From Blastocystis sp. Blastoise (taxonomy: Eukaryota > Protista > Bigyra: Opalinata): 64,000 bases of DNA. Position numbers and translations under genes: made by a program. The notes beneath the pieces were generated by a model. That model was not told the origin of the DNA. It worked only from the letters and a program-made list of their open reading frames with translations, and searched no databases. Numbering within the stretch: the first letter of the stretch is position 1; each line of letters opens with the position of its first letter. The DNA lies in NCBI GenBank assembly GCA_039096225.1, contig JBBPEB010000002.1:620001-684000 (forward strand), written 5' to 3'. Positions 1-9,318 of this stretch are shown piece after piece.

Positions 1-689
1 CATATTGTTAAATCATCACTACCTTGTTTTAACATAAAGAATTGATGTGGATCATTCATTAATTCTTCATCTGTAAGAATTTCATTTAGATTCGATGGCA
101 TAATCTTTAATTTATCTGGTAAGAATCCAGGATCACGTTTTAAGATTTGACTATTAATAAAGAAATGAGATACTTGACTTAATATAGATTGATTGGTAAC
201 ATCTGTATGACTTTGAAGACATATAATAGCATTCTGTTTATAATGACGACCTTTAGATAATATAGATACAATCAATTGTTTGGTTTGTCTAGATAATGGA
301 TAGATATCATCCAATACAATAAAATTATGTTCTGGTAATTTATATGTATTGACTAATTCATCAACAGTCTTAATCTTTTTAAATTTATCATCTACAGAAT
401 CATACCATTTATAATCAATTCCAGCATGTTCACAAATATCTTGAAAGGATGTATAACATTCATTCTTATTGGATGCATCAGGACAAATTACTGTGACTTG
501 TTTATATTTATTTTTAAGATCCATAGAACATAAGAGATTCACAGTTAAGAAAGATTTACCTGAGAATGTTCTTGCAATAATCAATATAAATTTTGATTCA
601 TATGTTTTATGATGGGATTTTCCATATTTAAATTCTAAGACTCCACATCCTTTACGTGTTTCTTTTAATGGATTTATTTTATTCACCAT
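1..689 (-). CDS. A32/FtsK-HerA family DNA packaging ATPase (3' end outside the window)
   Basis: Manual translation from ATG at 689: MVNKINPLKETRKGCGVL...ILIIARTFSGKS (Walker A)...FIVLDD (Walker B)...LSKGRHY (Arg finger)...IICLQS (sensor Gln). Open for 229 codons to the window edge; absent from the supplied ORF track. Confidence 0.93.
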   Translation of the reverse strand, partial: MVNKINPLKETRKGCGVLEFKYGKSHHKTYESKFILIIARTFSGKSFLTVNLLCSMDLKNKYKQVTVICPDASNKNECYTSFQDICEHAGIDYKWYDSVDDKFKKIKTVDELVNTYKLPEHNFIVLDDIYPLSRQTKQLIVSILSKGRHYKQNAIICLQSHTDVTNQSILSQVSHFFINSQILKRDPGFLPDKLKIMPSNLNEILTDEELMNDPHQFFMLKQGSDDLTI

Positions 690-757
690 TTTATATGATT
701 TTAATCAACAAAACAAAAAATAATTAATGATAAGTTAAAGATAAATAAATGATTTTA

Positions 758-1423
758 TTAAGATGCAGTAAAGTATATATAAAGATTTGTATTTGATAAA
801 TCAATTGGATTATTTAATTGATCATATACTTCCCATTGGATATCTGTATATTTACCATCAATACATGGAATAGATAAATCACTTAAAGCAAATGTATTAT
901 CAAATCCTTGTTTAGCATATAAAGGAATAGAAATCAAATCATTATCTTTATTAATAATATCACAATACACACGTAACATATAGATCTTATACCATGAAAT
1001 ATTATTAGATATATATTCATCACTGTAAGTAATTGGTGTATTAAAGTATTCATCATCTAATCCTAAATAATAAAAGAATTCTTTATTACTAAGACTTCTT
1101 CTGAATCCACTATATGTACCAAATGTTTTTGTTTCTTTATCATAATAGAATGCACTCGTTTGTCCAGATACAGATATTGTCATATCTTTACCAAGTTCAA
1201 TTAATTTCTCAAAGAATTCTTCCAATGAATAGTTACCAGCTGGAAATGTATGTGCTGTTGCATTATTTTCAGTTATTCTGAAAGATGGAATATTAATGAT
1301 ATCACTTGTATTCACTAATGTATTGATATGAGTAATATTTTTACCTACTAAATCCAAAGTATAATTGAATTGTTCATGACAGATTTGACTTGTAATTTTA
1401 CTTAGATGAGATATTGATGTCAT
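758..1423 (-). CDS. Minor capsid protein (penton, single jelly roll)
   Basis: FPAGNYSLEEF, LRVYCDII, SIPL and C-terminal IQWEVYDQLNNPIDLSN match Polinton/PLV penton motifs; lies between ATPase and MCP. Confidence 0.8.
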   Translation of the reverse strand: MTSISHLSKITSQICHEQFNYTLDLVGKNITHINTLVNTSDIINIPSFRITENNATAHTFPAGNYSLEEFFEKLIELGKDMTISVSGQTSAFYYDKETKTFGTYSGFRRSLSNKEFFYYLGLDDEYFNTPITYSDEYISNNISWYKIYMLRVYCDIINKDNDLISIPLYAKQGFDNTFALSDLSIPCIDGKYTDIQWEVYDQLNNPIDLSNTNLYIYFTAS

Positions 1424-1513
1424 TTTTATTAAATAAATTAATTATGAAATTATAAACAAAACAATATTTATTAAATTGTATAAATTGATAAAAGAAAATA
1501 TTATATAATTAAA

Positions 1514-2737
1514 TTAATTGGTTGCACCATCTCTAACAAATTTAACAAATATAAAATGAGCATATAAAGTATAAGTACCACTAGTAATATTTGCACCATT
1601 ATATTCAGTTAATAAGGAGATATTAACTTCACAACCACTACGAGTATTGACATCAACAACACTTGAAATAGGGAATATATAAATAGGTTGTTCATACCAC
1701 TTTTCACCATTTAAAGGAGATTGAGGATGACTATTACATCTCCAAGTATTATAAAGCATAGCATTAGGAATAATTTGTGATGGATTCGTTGTTTTATATG
1801 TAGTAGGGAAATCCGTCTTTGGTAAGATATTTTGACCACCAATTTGGAATTGACACATCTTCAATAATTCAGTCTTAATAGGAATCATACTCTTCTCTTG
1901 AGTTGTAAAATATAACATACAGTAATCAGGTACGAAAACAACACTTCTATTGGATAAGAATTGTTGTGGAGTTGGTTTACCTGCTGTTGTGAATGTTTCT
2001 GAATAAACAGGTGTAGTAAATGCAGATATCTGACAATTATTAGGAATACATTTAATCAAAGCACGTGGATCATTACCAAAATTAATATCATAAATTTGTT
2101 GAAGATGAATATAAACACGATCAAAAGTTAATGCAGTGATTTTAGTCGTACCTGTAAATAGATTCTTTAAATAATTTGTAACGAATTGCATCTTCAAAGA
2201 TTTTACTTTAATAGCACAATCAAATGTACCAAGACCAGTAATAAGAGATAAAGGAATAATAACTTGAGCTTTTTCTTTCATTTCCATTCCAGCAATACTG
2301 CTTGAGGTTGTATTATATAAGCATTCTGTCATACTATACATAGATTTATCAATTTCATCTTTACTTAATTCTTTAATAGTAACAAATTTTCTTGCTTTAC
2401 TGGATTCAATAGAAGATTCAGAATAATTAATAAGAATATCTTGACCCGTAGGAGATACAAACGTAAGATCTGTAGTAATTTTATCAATAATACTATAGAT
2501 ATTAGAATGTTGTACAACAGAACTAGTTGTTGCTGCATTTGTTGTAATATTGAAATTCAGTTCTAAGAATGAATTACTGAAATCAATATAAGGGCTATCC
2601 ACTGAATTATGTAAGAATTCAAATGGATAAGGTTGATTTAATAAATCTTGACTTGTAGAAACTAGAATAGGAATTTGTACAGGTTTAATAGTTTGATTTG
2701 CCTTTGAAGGTAAGAATTGTCTTGGGAATCCTTCCAT
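1514..2737 (-). CDS. Major capsid protein paralog 1 (double jelly roll)
   Basis: 407 aa, beta-rich; N-terminal YIDFSNSFLELNFNI and IIPLSLI motifs typical of Polinton/PLV MCPs; gene context. Confidence 0.78.
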   Translation of the reverse strand: MEGFPRQFLPSKANQTIKPVQIPILVSTSQDLLNQPYPFEFLHNSVDSPYIDFSNSFLELNFNITTNAATTSSVVQHSNIYSIIDKITTDLTFVSPTGQDILINYSESSIESSKARKFVTIKELSKDEIDKSMYSMTECLYNTTSSSIAGMEMKEKAQVIIPLSLITGLGTFDCAIKVKSLKMQFVTNYLKNLFTGTTKITALTFDRVYIHLQQIYDINFGNDPRALIKCIPNNCQISAFTTPVYSETFTTAGKPTPQQFLSNRSVVFVPDYCMLYFTTQEKSMIPIKTELLKMCQFQIGGQNILPKTDFPTTYKTTNPSQIIPNAMLYNTWRCNSHPQSPLNGEKWYEQPIYIFPISSVVDVNTRSGCEVNISLLTEYNGANITSGTYTLYAHFIFVKFVRDGATN

Positions 2738-2912
2738 GTTAGTAATTATTGTTTATGTATTTTTTAACAAAATAAAAATAACATAATAATAATATTTTAT
2801 AATTATTTATTAATTTAAATTTTTTATAACAAAACAAATGATTGTATTATAGAATAGAATAGAATTAATTAAACAAGTTAACGTTAAGAATAGTAAGTAA
2901 GAAATATTAAAT

Positions 2913-4385
2913 TTAAATATCACGTACACTACGTACAGCAATCATATGTAAGGTATAAGGATGCTTCTCATTTAGTTCAGTATTAATATGTTTATAAATA
3001 CCAGCATGAGATGCTACACTATAAGAAGCACCAGTATCAGGTGTCCATATTTTAGTAGTTTCATTATATGTACATGTATATCCATCAGGAACAGTAGATG
3101 AATCAGCATGACCATACTCAATATCATGGACATCTAGATTACAATCAAAATTCATTTCTATACCACTATCTGATTGGATATTCATTAATGCTTTAGTTGG
3201 AATAATATAAATAGGATGTTTAATCCATTCATCATATTTAAGAATAGTTTCAGGATTTGAATTATCAGCCCATAAACAATATAGTTTTTTATTAGGACAA
3301 GATAAACTAGCAGTTTCTTCATTATTGAAGACATGACCTTTAGTAGTAAGATTATGATAATACATTTGAGTAGGGAATTCAGTTTGAGGGAACATTTGAA
3401 CATCACCAATCAAACAACTTTGATATTTAGGCCATACAGATGGACTAGCTACATTACTAATAGTTGTTGAACTATAACCATTTGTAAACCAGTATAATAT
3501 ATATTCAGGTATAAATGGTAAAGCTCTATTGATATTGAATTGATCACTAGTTATTCTTGTATTTTGATAATCGACTTGAATACATGCAGGTATAGTTTTA
3601 TATAATTCATTCGTTTGGAATTGAATATCTTTATAAGTCATTAAATTCATAGTAGCTGATTCCAATTCAAATGTCTTAAACCATTTTTCATCAGTTAGAT
3701 GTAACCATTGTGTTGATAATTTAGCACCACCATTCTTGAAATAAATACTCATATTATTATCAATTAAAGATTCAATTGTACTCGTTCTAAATAGCATATT
3801 GAAATGTTTAGTTAATATTAATGAATCTCCATCAACACCTAAACCACTAATGAGATATAAAGGAATAGCAATATGAATAGATTCATTTGGATGTGCACGT
3901 ATATAACGAATAGAATTCAATTCATAAGTATCTGCAGATAAATCTTCACCATACATAGATTTTTCTAAATCATTCTTACTGATATCTTTTAATAAAATCA
4001 TCTTACGACCACGTGAAGCATGTGTACAGTTTTCTTCATATTTCAAAGCACGATCAGATCCATCAGGTAATGTATAAGCCATTTCAACATCAGTGGAATC
4101 AATAATAGAATAAATATTTGCTTTTTGAACTAATTGATCCAAGAAATATTGACATAATTGATCATAAGTGAAACTAACAGAAGTACCTGTTTCATCTAAA
4201 TAAACAGAAACTGGTCCTTTTTTATCTGTAACAGTTGCTTTGACAGTAAGATCCAAATAGGATTGATTGAAATTGATATAAGTATTATCCACATTAGTCC
4301 AATGATATTGAAAGATATAAGGACTTGATAGAATATCAGTATCACTTTGAATAGGAATATTATCTTTAATTCTTAAGATTCTCAT
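2913..4385 (-). CDS. Major capsid protein paralog 2 (double jelly roll)
   Basis: 490 aa, colinear with 1514..2737: YINFNQSYLDL/YIDFSNSFLEL, NIYSIID in both, KSMY in both, IPLYLISGLG/IPLSLITGLG, FIPEY/FVPDY, PQTEFPT/PKTDFPT, PIYIIP/PIYIFP. Confidence 0.75.
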   Translation of the reverse strand: MRILRIKDNIPIQSDTDILSSPYIFQYHWTNVDNTYINFNQSYLDLTVKATVTDKKGPVSVYLDETGTSVSFTYDQLCQYFLDQLVQKANIYSIIDSTDVEMAYTLPDGSDRALKYEENCTHASRGRKMILLKDISKNDLEKSMYGEDLSADTYELNSIRYIRAHPNESIHIAIPLYLISGLGVDGDSLILTKHFNMLFRTSTIESLIDNNMSIYFKNGGAKLSTQWLHLTDEKWFKTFELESATMNLMTYKDIQFQTNELYKTIPACIQVDYQNTRITSDQFNINRALPFIPEYILYWFTNGYSSTTISNVASPSVWPKYQSCLIGDVQMFPQTEFPTQMYYHNLTTKGHVFNNEETASLSCPNKKLYCLWADNSNPETILKYDEWIKHPIYIIPTKALMNIQSDSGIEMNFDCNLDVHDIEYGHADSSTVPDGYTCTYNETTKIWTPDTGASYSVASHAGIYKHINTELNEKHPYTLHMIAVRSVRDI

Positions 4386-4478
4386 ATTTCTTTTTATTTT
4401 AAATAAATATTAATAAATAAATAAAATTAAATAATTTTTATAAATTAATATAAATTATTATTTTATAAATTAGAAAAT

Positions 4479-6914
4479 ATGGAGCTTGATGATGATAATT
4501 ATGAAGAACAGACTTCATTAGAAGAGAAGGATACTCGTATTAAAACACATGTAGTCCCTATTGATGTTCGTTGTATTGATAATCAATTCAATATACATTT
4601 ATCGAATTCTATTGATATCACTAAAAATATCATTTCTTATATTGATCTTAATTTAATTGGTAGTGAAAGTGTGCCTCTATTTGATACATTCACAAAAACA
4701 CAAATATTCAAATATATAAATACTCGTGTCAATGGTAATAGTTCCGTATATACAATCACTTTAGATCAGAAAAATTATTCAATTCCACAATTATTAGAAC
4801 TATGTCATTTTGATATATGTGATAGACCAGTAATAAAAGATTCTCCTGATATTGATTCTACTGTTAAAATTAAGAAAATTCCAACAATTACAATTAATAG
4901 AGATGATTGGTATTGTGAAATTACAATTTATAATAAAAGACGTGGTTTTTACTTTCCAAAAGGTACTTATACGGATATAGAGTTTTGGTGGATAGCTGTA
5001 TGTTGTGTATCAGCTAAATGGGGTGATAAATTTAATCGTTTAATGATGAAATATGATGATGATACTATAACCATATATCGACCTCAATTAACTTCTTATA
5101 ATGTTCCTGTTACATCAACAGGAATCTATGAATTGAATGAATTCTTTACTGATGGTGTGAGTGATCATTCAAGTTATATTGTTCCAACACAAGGTTCTAA
5201 TGGAATTATGAAATGTGTATTAGCTGATGAACATAAATTTTATTTCCAATGGTCAAGTAATAATATACTCAGTTTAGAAAAACAATTATTCACTGGCTTA
5301 TTTGAAGATTCAGAAACATTGACATATACTTCACTTCAAGAGGAAATTACATTAAATAGAATTAAAAGAACAGTCTTTGTGGAAGATGGATATAATACAA
5401 TGATTGTTCGACAATTGAGTGGTTATGATGGTGTTCATGAAACTACATTCACTGTTCCTCCTGGAAATTACACAGAAAACAAATTCTATGAATTATTAGA
5501 AAGTTCAATCAATAATACAATTTATACTGATTATTTAAATATATCCAAAGATGCTCAAACTATGGACAATAAGGATGGATATATAATATATTTATCTTGT
5601 AAAGGTACTGATTCTACGTCATTCACGTTTACAGCTACAGATATAGAGCACTCCTTATTTAAGTATCGTGGTGCTCTACATAATATACGTCCTGATCTGG
5701 TTTATGATGAACAAGGATGTTTTGCTTGGCATGTATCTTATGGTAAACAATTATTACCAGATACACCTGTTTATTTGAATACATTAGATTTAGATGGTAA
5801 TTATAAGTGTTATACTGATAGTTATCATATAGATTTCTCTCAAGCTCAAGAATTAGGTGAAATCCTAGGATATAATAAATTAGGTCATGATGAAATTATT
5901 AATTATGGTGTTCATAATATTGATAGTAGTCGTCCAAAAGGAATGTTAATAGCTCAATCGAATATAGTAGATAATAGTCAGAATTCTTTATATTCATTTA
6001 ATGTGAATAATTATAAAGGCAATAATGAATTTCATGATATTATGAATATTAATGTGTCTCCTTATTTGAATACAATACAAGATATTACAATACGATATAC
6101 TGATAAAAATAAACAATATGTGAATTTCAATGATAATTGTATTTTAAGAGGATTCTTAGAATTCTCAGATACAGTAGATACGATTCAACCAAGTGAAACC
6201 ATTAAGAAATTATGTTTGAATTGTTTAACAGCAGACACACAATTCTATGCTGAATATCCTACATTGAATATCCAAAATAAGATCTTGAAAGATATTATTA
6301 TTCAGAATGATACTGATACGATCCAAATAAATGCATCTAAATTATGTACTGGATATATAAATGGATCTTATTATCCTACATTTAGTTTTCCTTTATCTGA
6401 TAAATATGTTACTTATAGTAATATAAATTCTCCAATCACAATTGATCATAATATAGATTTAAGATTTGATGAATTATTCAAAGGAAATATAATTTGTAAT
6501 ATATGTGAACCTAATGGTAGTGATATACGTTTCAAAGCTTATGATGAAGTGTATTGTGATTTTAGTACGAGTAAGAATTTAATTTATGAATTGAAGAAAA
6601 CCAATGTCTATGGATATCAATATTTAACAAATATACAAATTATATCAGTGTATGGTCAATCCACTGATTACTTATATCCTATTTCATTAAGATGTTTTAC
6701 TAATGAATATGAGAATAATATTCATGTTATTGATACTACAAATCTACCTTATTACTATTCGAATGGTATTAAATATGAAGGTATATCAAATAAGATCAAT
6801 AAGAATGTCTATTATTGTAATCGTAAATTATTAAAGTTATTACCTCATGATAATATGTTCTTTATTACTTGTGATTATCCTTGTGTTGTTTTATTAACTA
6901 TCTCTTATATATAA
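4479..6914 (+). CDS. Large penton-like / vertex-fibre protein with repeated insertion modules
   Basis: 811 aa with repeated turn motifs (LDQKNYS, FPKGTYT, STGIYEL, VPPGNYT), LGEILGY and a penton-type segment (QSNIV...IQDITIRYTDKNKQYVNFN) resembling 758..1423. Confidence 0.6.
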   Translation: MELDDDNYEEQTSLEEKDTRIKTHVVPIDVRCIDNQFNIHLSNSIDITKNIISYIDLNLIGSESVPLFDTFTKTQIFKYINTRVNGNSSVYTITLDQKNYSIPQLLELCHFDICDRPVIKDSPDIDSTVKIKKIPTITINRDDWYCEITIYNKRRGFYFPKGTYTDIEFWWIAVCCVSAKWGDKFNRLMMKYDDDTITIYRPQLTSYNVPVTSTGIYELNEFFTDGVSDHSSYIVPTQGSNGIMKCVLADEHKFYFQWSSNNILSLEKQLFTGLFEDSETLTYTSLQEEITLNRIKRTVFVEDGYNTMIVRQLSGYDGVHETTFTVPPGNYTENKFYELLESSINNTIYTDYLNISKDAQTMDNKDGYIIYLSCKGTDSTSFTFTATDIEHSLFKYRGALHNIRPDLVYDEQGCFAWHVSYGKQLLPDTPVYLNTLDLDGNYKCYTDSYHIDFSQAQELGEILGYNKLGHDEIINYGVHNIDSSRPKGMLIAQSNIVDNSQNSLYSFNVNNYKGNNEFHDIMNINVSPYLNTIQDITIRYTDKNKQYVNFNDNCILRGFLEFSDTVDTIQPSETIKKLCLNCLTADTQFYAEYPTLNIQNKILKDIIIQNDTDTIQINASKLCTGYINGSYYPTFSFPLSDKYVTYSNINSPITIDHNIDLRFDELFKGNIICNICEPNGSDIRFKAYDEVYCDFSTSKNLIYELKKTNVYGYQYLTNIQIISVYGQSTDYLYPISLRCFTNEYENNIHVIDTTNLPYYYSNGIKYEGISNKINKNVYYCNRKLLKLLPHDNMFFITCDYPCVVLLTISYI

Positions 6915-6983
6915 ATATTTTAATTCATTTCATTTAAATTAAAAAATGTTTTGTTATATTATTCATTTAAAAATTATTAAAAA

Positions 6984-7406
6984 ATGGAGCCTAAATCTGT
7001 ATCTGAATCCTTACATTCTTTATCAAGTACAAGTTCAACAAGTTCAGATAGTTCAACAACAACCACATTATCCGAAGAAGAAATAGAAAAGAAAAATACT
7101 TTATTAGAATTTATTATAAAAGCTATAAAATGTTTATTTGAGAAATCAACTGAATTCTTTCAATTAATTGTTAAAAATATAGATATTCATTGTAATTGTT
7201 GTAATCCACAAACAAAGAAAGTCTATTATAAGACAATGAAAATACAACAAACTATTATAGAAGAAGAAGTCAAACATATATCTGAAGTCTTGAATGAATT
7301 AGAAGAAATTGATTCGAATCAAAATGAATCAATACAAGAATTAGCTGTTCAATTAATGAAATTAAATATAAGTGTTGATTCTATTGTTCAATCTCTTCAT
7401 TTATAA
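6984..7406 (+). CDS. Hypothetical viral protein (Ser/Thr-rich N-terminus, predicted coiled coil)
   Basis: 140 aa ORF with AAAATG start context and downstream TTGTTTTGTT motif like neighbouring genes. Confidence 0.7.
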   Translation: MEPKSVSESLHSLSSTSSTSSDSSTTTTLSEEEIEKKNTLLEFIIKAIKCLFEKSTEFFQLIVKNIDIHCNCCNPQTKKVYYKTMKIQQTIIEEEVKHISEVLNELEEIDSNQNESIQELAVQLMKLNISVDSIVQSLHL

Positions 7407-7473
7407 TTCTATGAAATGTTATAAAATATTAATAATAAATTTGTTTTGTTTATAAATAATTTAATTTTTAATA

Positions 7474-9318
7474 ATGCAATCAACAGGTTATTCAGATAAA
7501 GATTGTGAAGAATTCTTTACAAATTGTATAGATCAATTATTACATTGGAAGAAAATACAATTATCAACAAGTATAAATTGGAAGAAATGGATAAAGACAA
7601 TATGTAAGAAATTTCGTAATGAAGAACGAATTCAAATAGATGATATGGAAGAACCATTCTTTTGTGTAGAAGTGTTAACAGATCCATTTCAATTTCAAAA
7701 TGTTATGCAACATACACAAACAGAAGCTCCTGGACAACAAGGTGGATTATCCAATACTACTGTAGCTAATTATATGCAAATGATTACTTATATAATGAAG
7801 AATATATCTATTTGTACAGATGATGAAGATATCATTAATTATAAAGCATTTACTCCACAAAATATAAAGAAATGGGAACATTTATGGGGTTCTTTACAAA
7901 TTGATGCTACTTATTCAAGACATTATGAAATCACTCAGAAAATTATTAATTGTGAAGCTGATTGGGGAGAAATCATTAATATCACCAAAAAGAATTATTT
8001 AGAAAATCCTAATGATTTATATTATGTGAATAGTTATTTATTAGTTTTAACTTATGATACATTATGTGCTCGTAATGATTATAATGATTGTGTAATCTAT
8101 ACTCGTGGTCAACAAATTCCTTTATCGTTAAGAAGAACAACCAATTATATTGATTTAAATACTTTGACTATTCATGTGAATGATACAAAGAATCGATTTG
8201 AAATTGGTAAGAATGAATATCCTACTTATCAATATTTATCAGAAGAATATTTGAATGTCTTAGCTAGATCCTTACGTTTATTTCCAAGACATTATTTATT
8301 TGTTACTGAGAATGGTGGTAAAGTACGTGATTTGAAATTTGGTGATGAATATATAAAACCTCATTTAGGATGGATTTATAAAACACAACAGAATAATTCT
8401 TTAATTAATGGTTGTGATATTATAAGACATTTATTTGCTCAATATTATTATAGATTATCAAGAGAAGCACAATTCCAACATAATGATTCAGAACACGAAT
8501 CTAAAGGTGTAGAACTCTTTGAAAACTCTATTATGAAGATGTTACATAGTCAATCAACACATATGGAAAATTATATATCTCCTTATTTATCTTCTCATTC
8601 AACTAAATTGCAAGATTTAGATAATAAAACAAGAACATTTCATATTGATATGAATAATATTACTTATACAAGAGAAATTAATCAATTGAATAAATTATTA
8701 TTTTTATGTAAACGATTTAATGATCGTATAGAACAATATGATGAAGATTATGAAGATGTATTTGGTAAAGAGAATTTCAATATGAAATCAGAATCCATAT
8801 TAGGTAGTCTAGAACAATATTCATCAGATAATGATACTATAATGATTACATTAAGATATTATAAAGATCTATTAAAGCATAAGTATCCAGATAAAAACGA
8901 TTTAGAAAATGAATTACCTGTAGGATGTTCATTAGAATCTGAAGAAGTTCCAGAGAATTCTAGAGATCGTTATAATCGTTTTATACGTAATAAACAATTA
9001 TTACCTGATCATTTACATAATAATACAACAGATTCAGAATTAACGAATACTCAAGCATCTCTTATGCAACAAAATACTCAAGATGAAAACTCTACACCTA
9101 TAGTTATGAATAATTCAGATACTTATGCATTACGTAGTCTTTCTACTATGCCTCCTTTAGAACCTATTCATCGTGGTCATGGTTTATTGAAAAACATAAA
9201 GGTAATGCATTCTTTAAAGTCAAAGTCCCTAAAAAACATTTTCATGGAATTCAATTTAAATTTTATTAATTTTTTAAACAAAACAACTTTTTATAATAAA
9301 AAAAATATTATTATTTAA
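7474..9318 (+). CDS. Tyrosine recombinase 1 (PLV/virophage type) with long extensions
   Basis: Catalytic series ARNDY (R), NYI, DTKN (K), YLF, DIIRH (R), MLHS (H), ENY (Y); same motif order as 18048..18983. Confidence 0.72.
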   Translation: MQSTGYSDKDCEEFFTNCIDQLLHWKKIQLSTSINWKKWIKTICKKFRNEERIQIDDMEEPFFCVEVLTDPFQFQNVMQHTQTEAPGQQGGLSNTTVANYMQMITYIMKNISICTDDEDIINYKAFTPQNIKKWEHLWGSLQIDATYSRHYEITQKIINCEADWGEIINITKKNYLENPNDLYYVNSYLLVLTYDTLCARNDYNDCVIYTRGQQIPLSLRRTTNYIDLNTLTIHVNDTKNRFEIGKNEYPTYQYLSEEYLNVLARSLRLFPRHYLFVTENGGKVRDLKFGDEYIKPHLGWIYKTQQNNSLINGCDIIRHLFAQYYYRLSREAQFQHNDSEHESKGVELFENSIMKMLHSQSTHMENYISPYLSSHSTKLQDLDNKTRTFHIDMNNITYTREINQLNKLLFLCKRFNDRIEQYDEDYEDVFGKENFNMKSESILGSLEQYSSDNDTIMITLRYYKDLLKHKYPDKNDLENELPVGCSLESEEVPENSRDRYNRFIRNKQLLPDHLHNNTTDSELTNTQASLMQQNTQDENSTPIVMNNSDTYALRSLSTMPPLEPIHRGHGLLKNIKVMHSLKSKSLKNIFMEFNLNFINFLNKTTFYNKKNIII

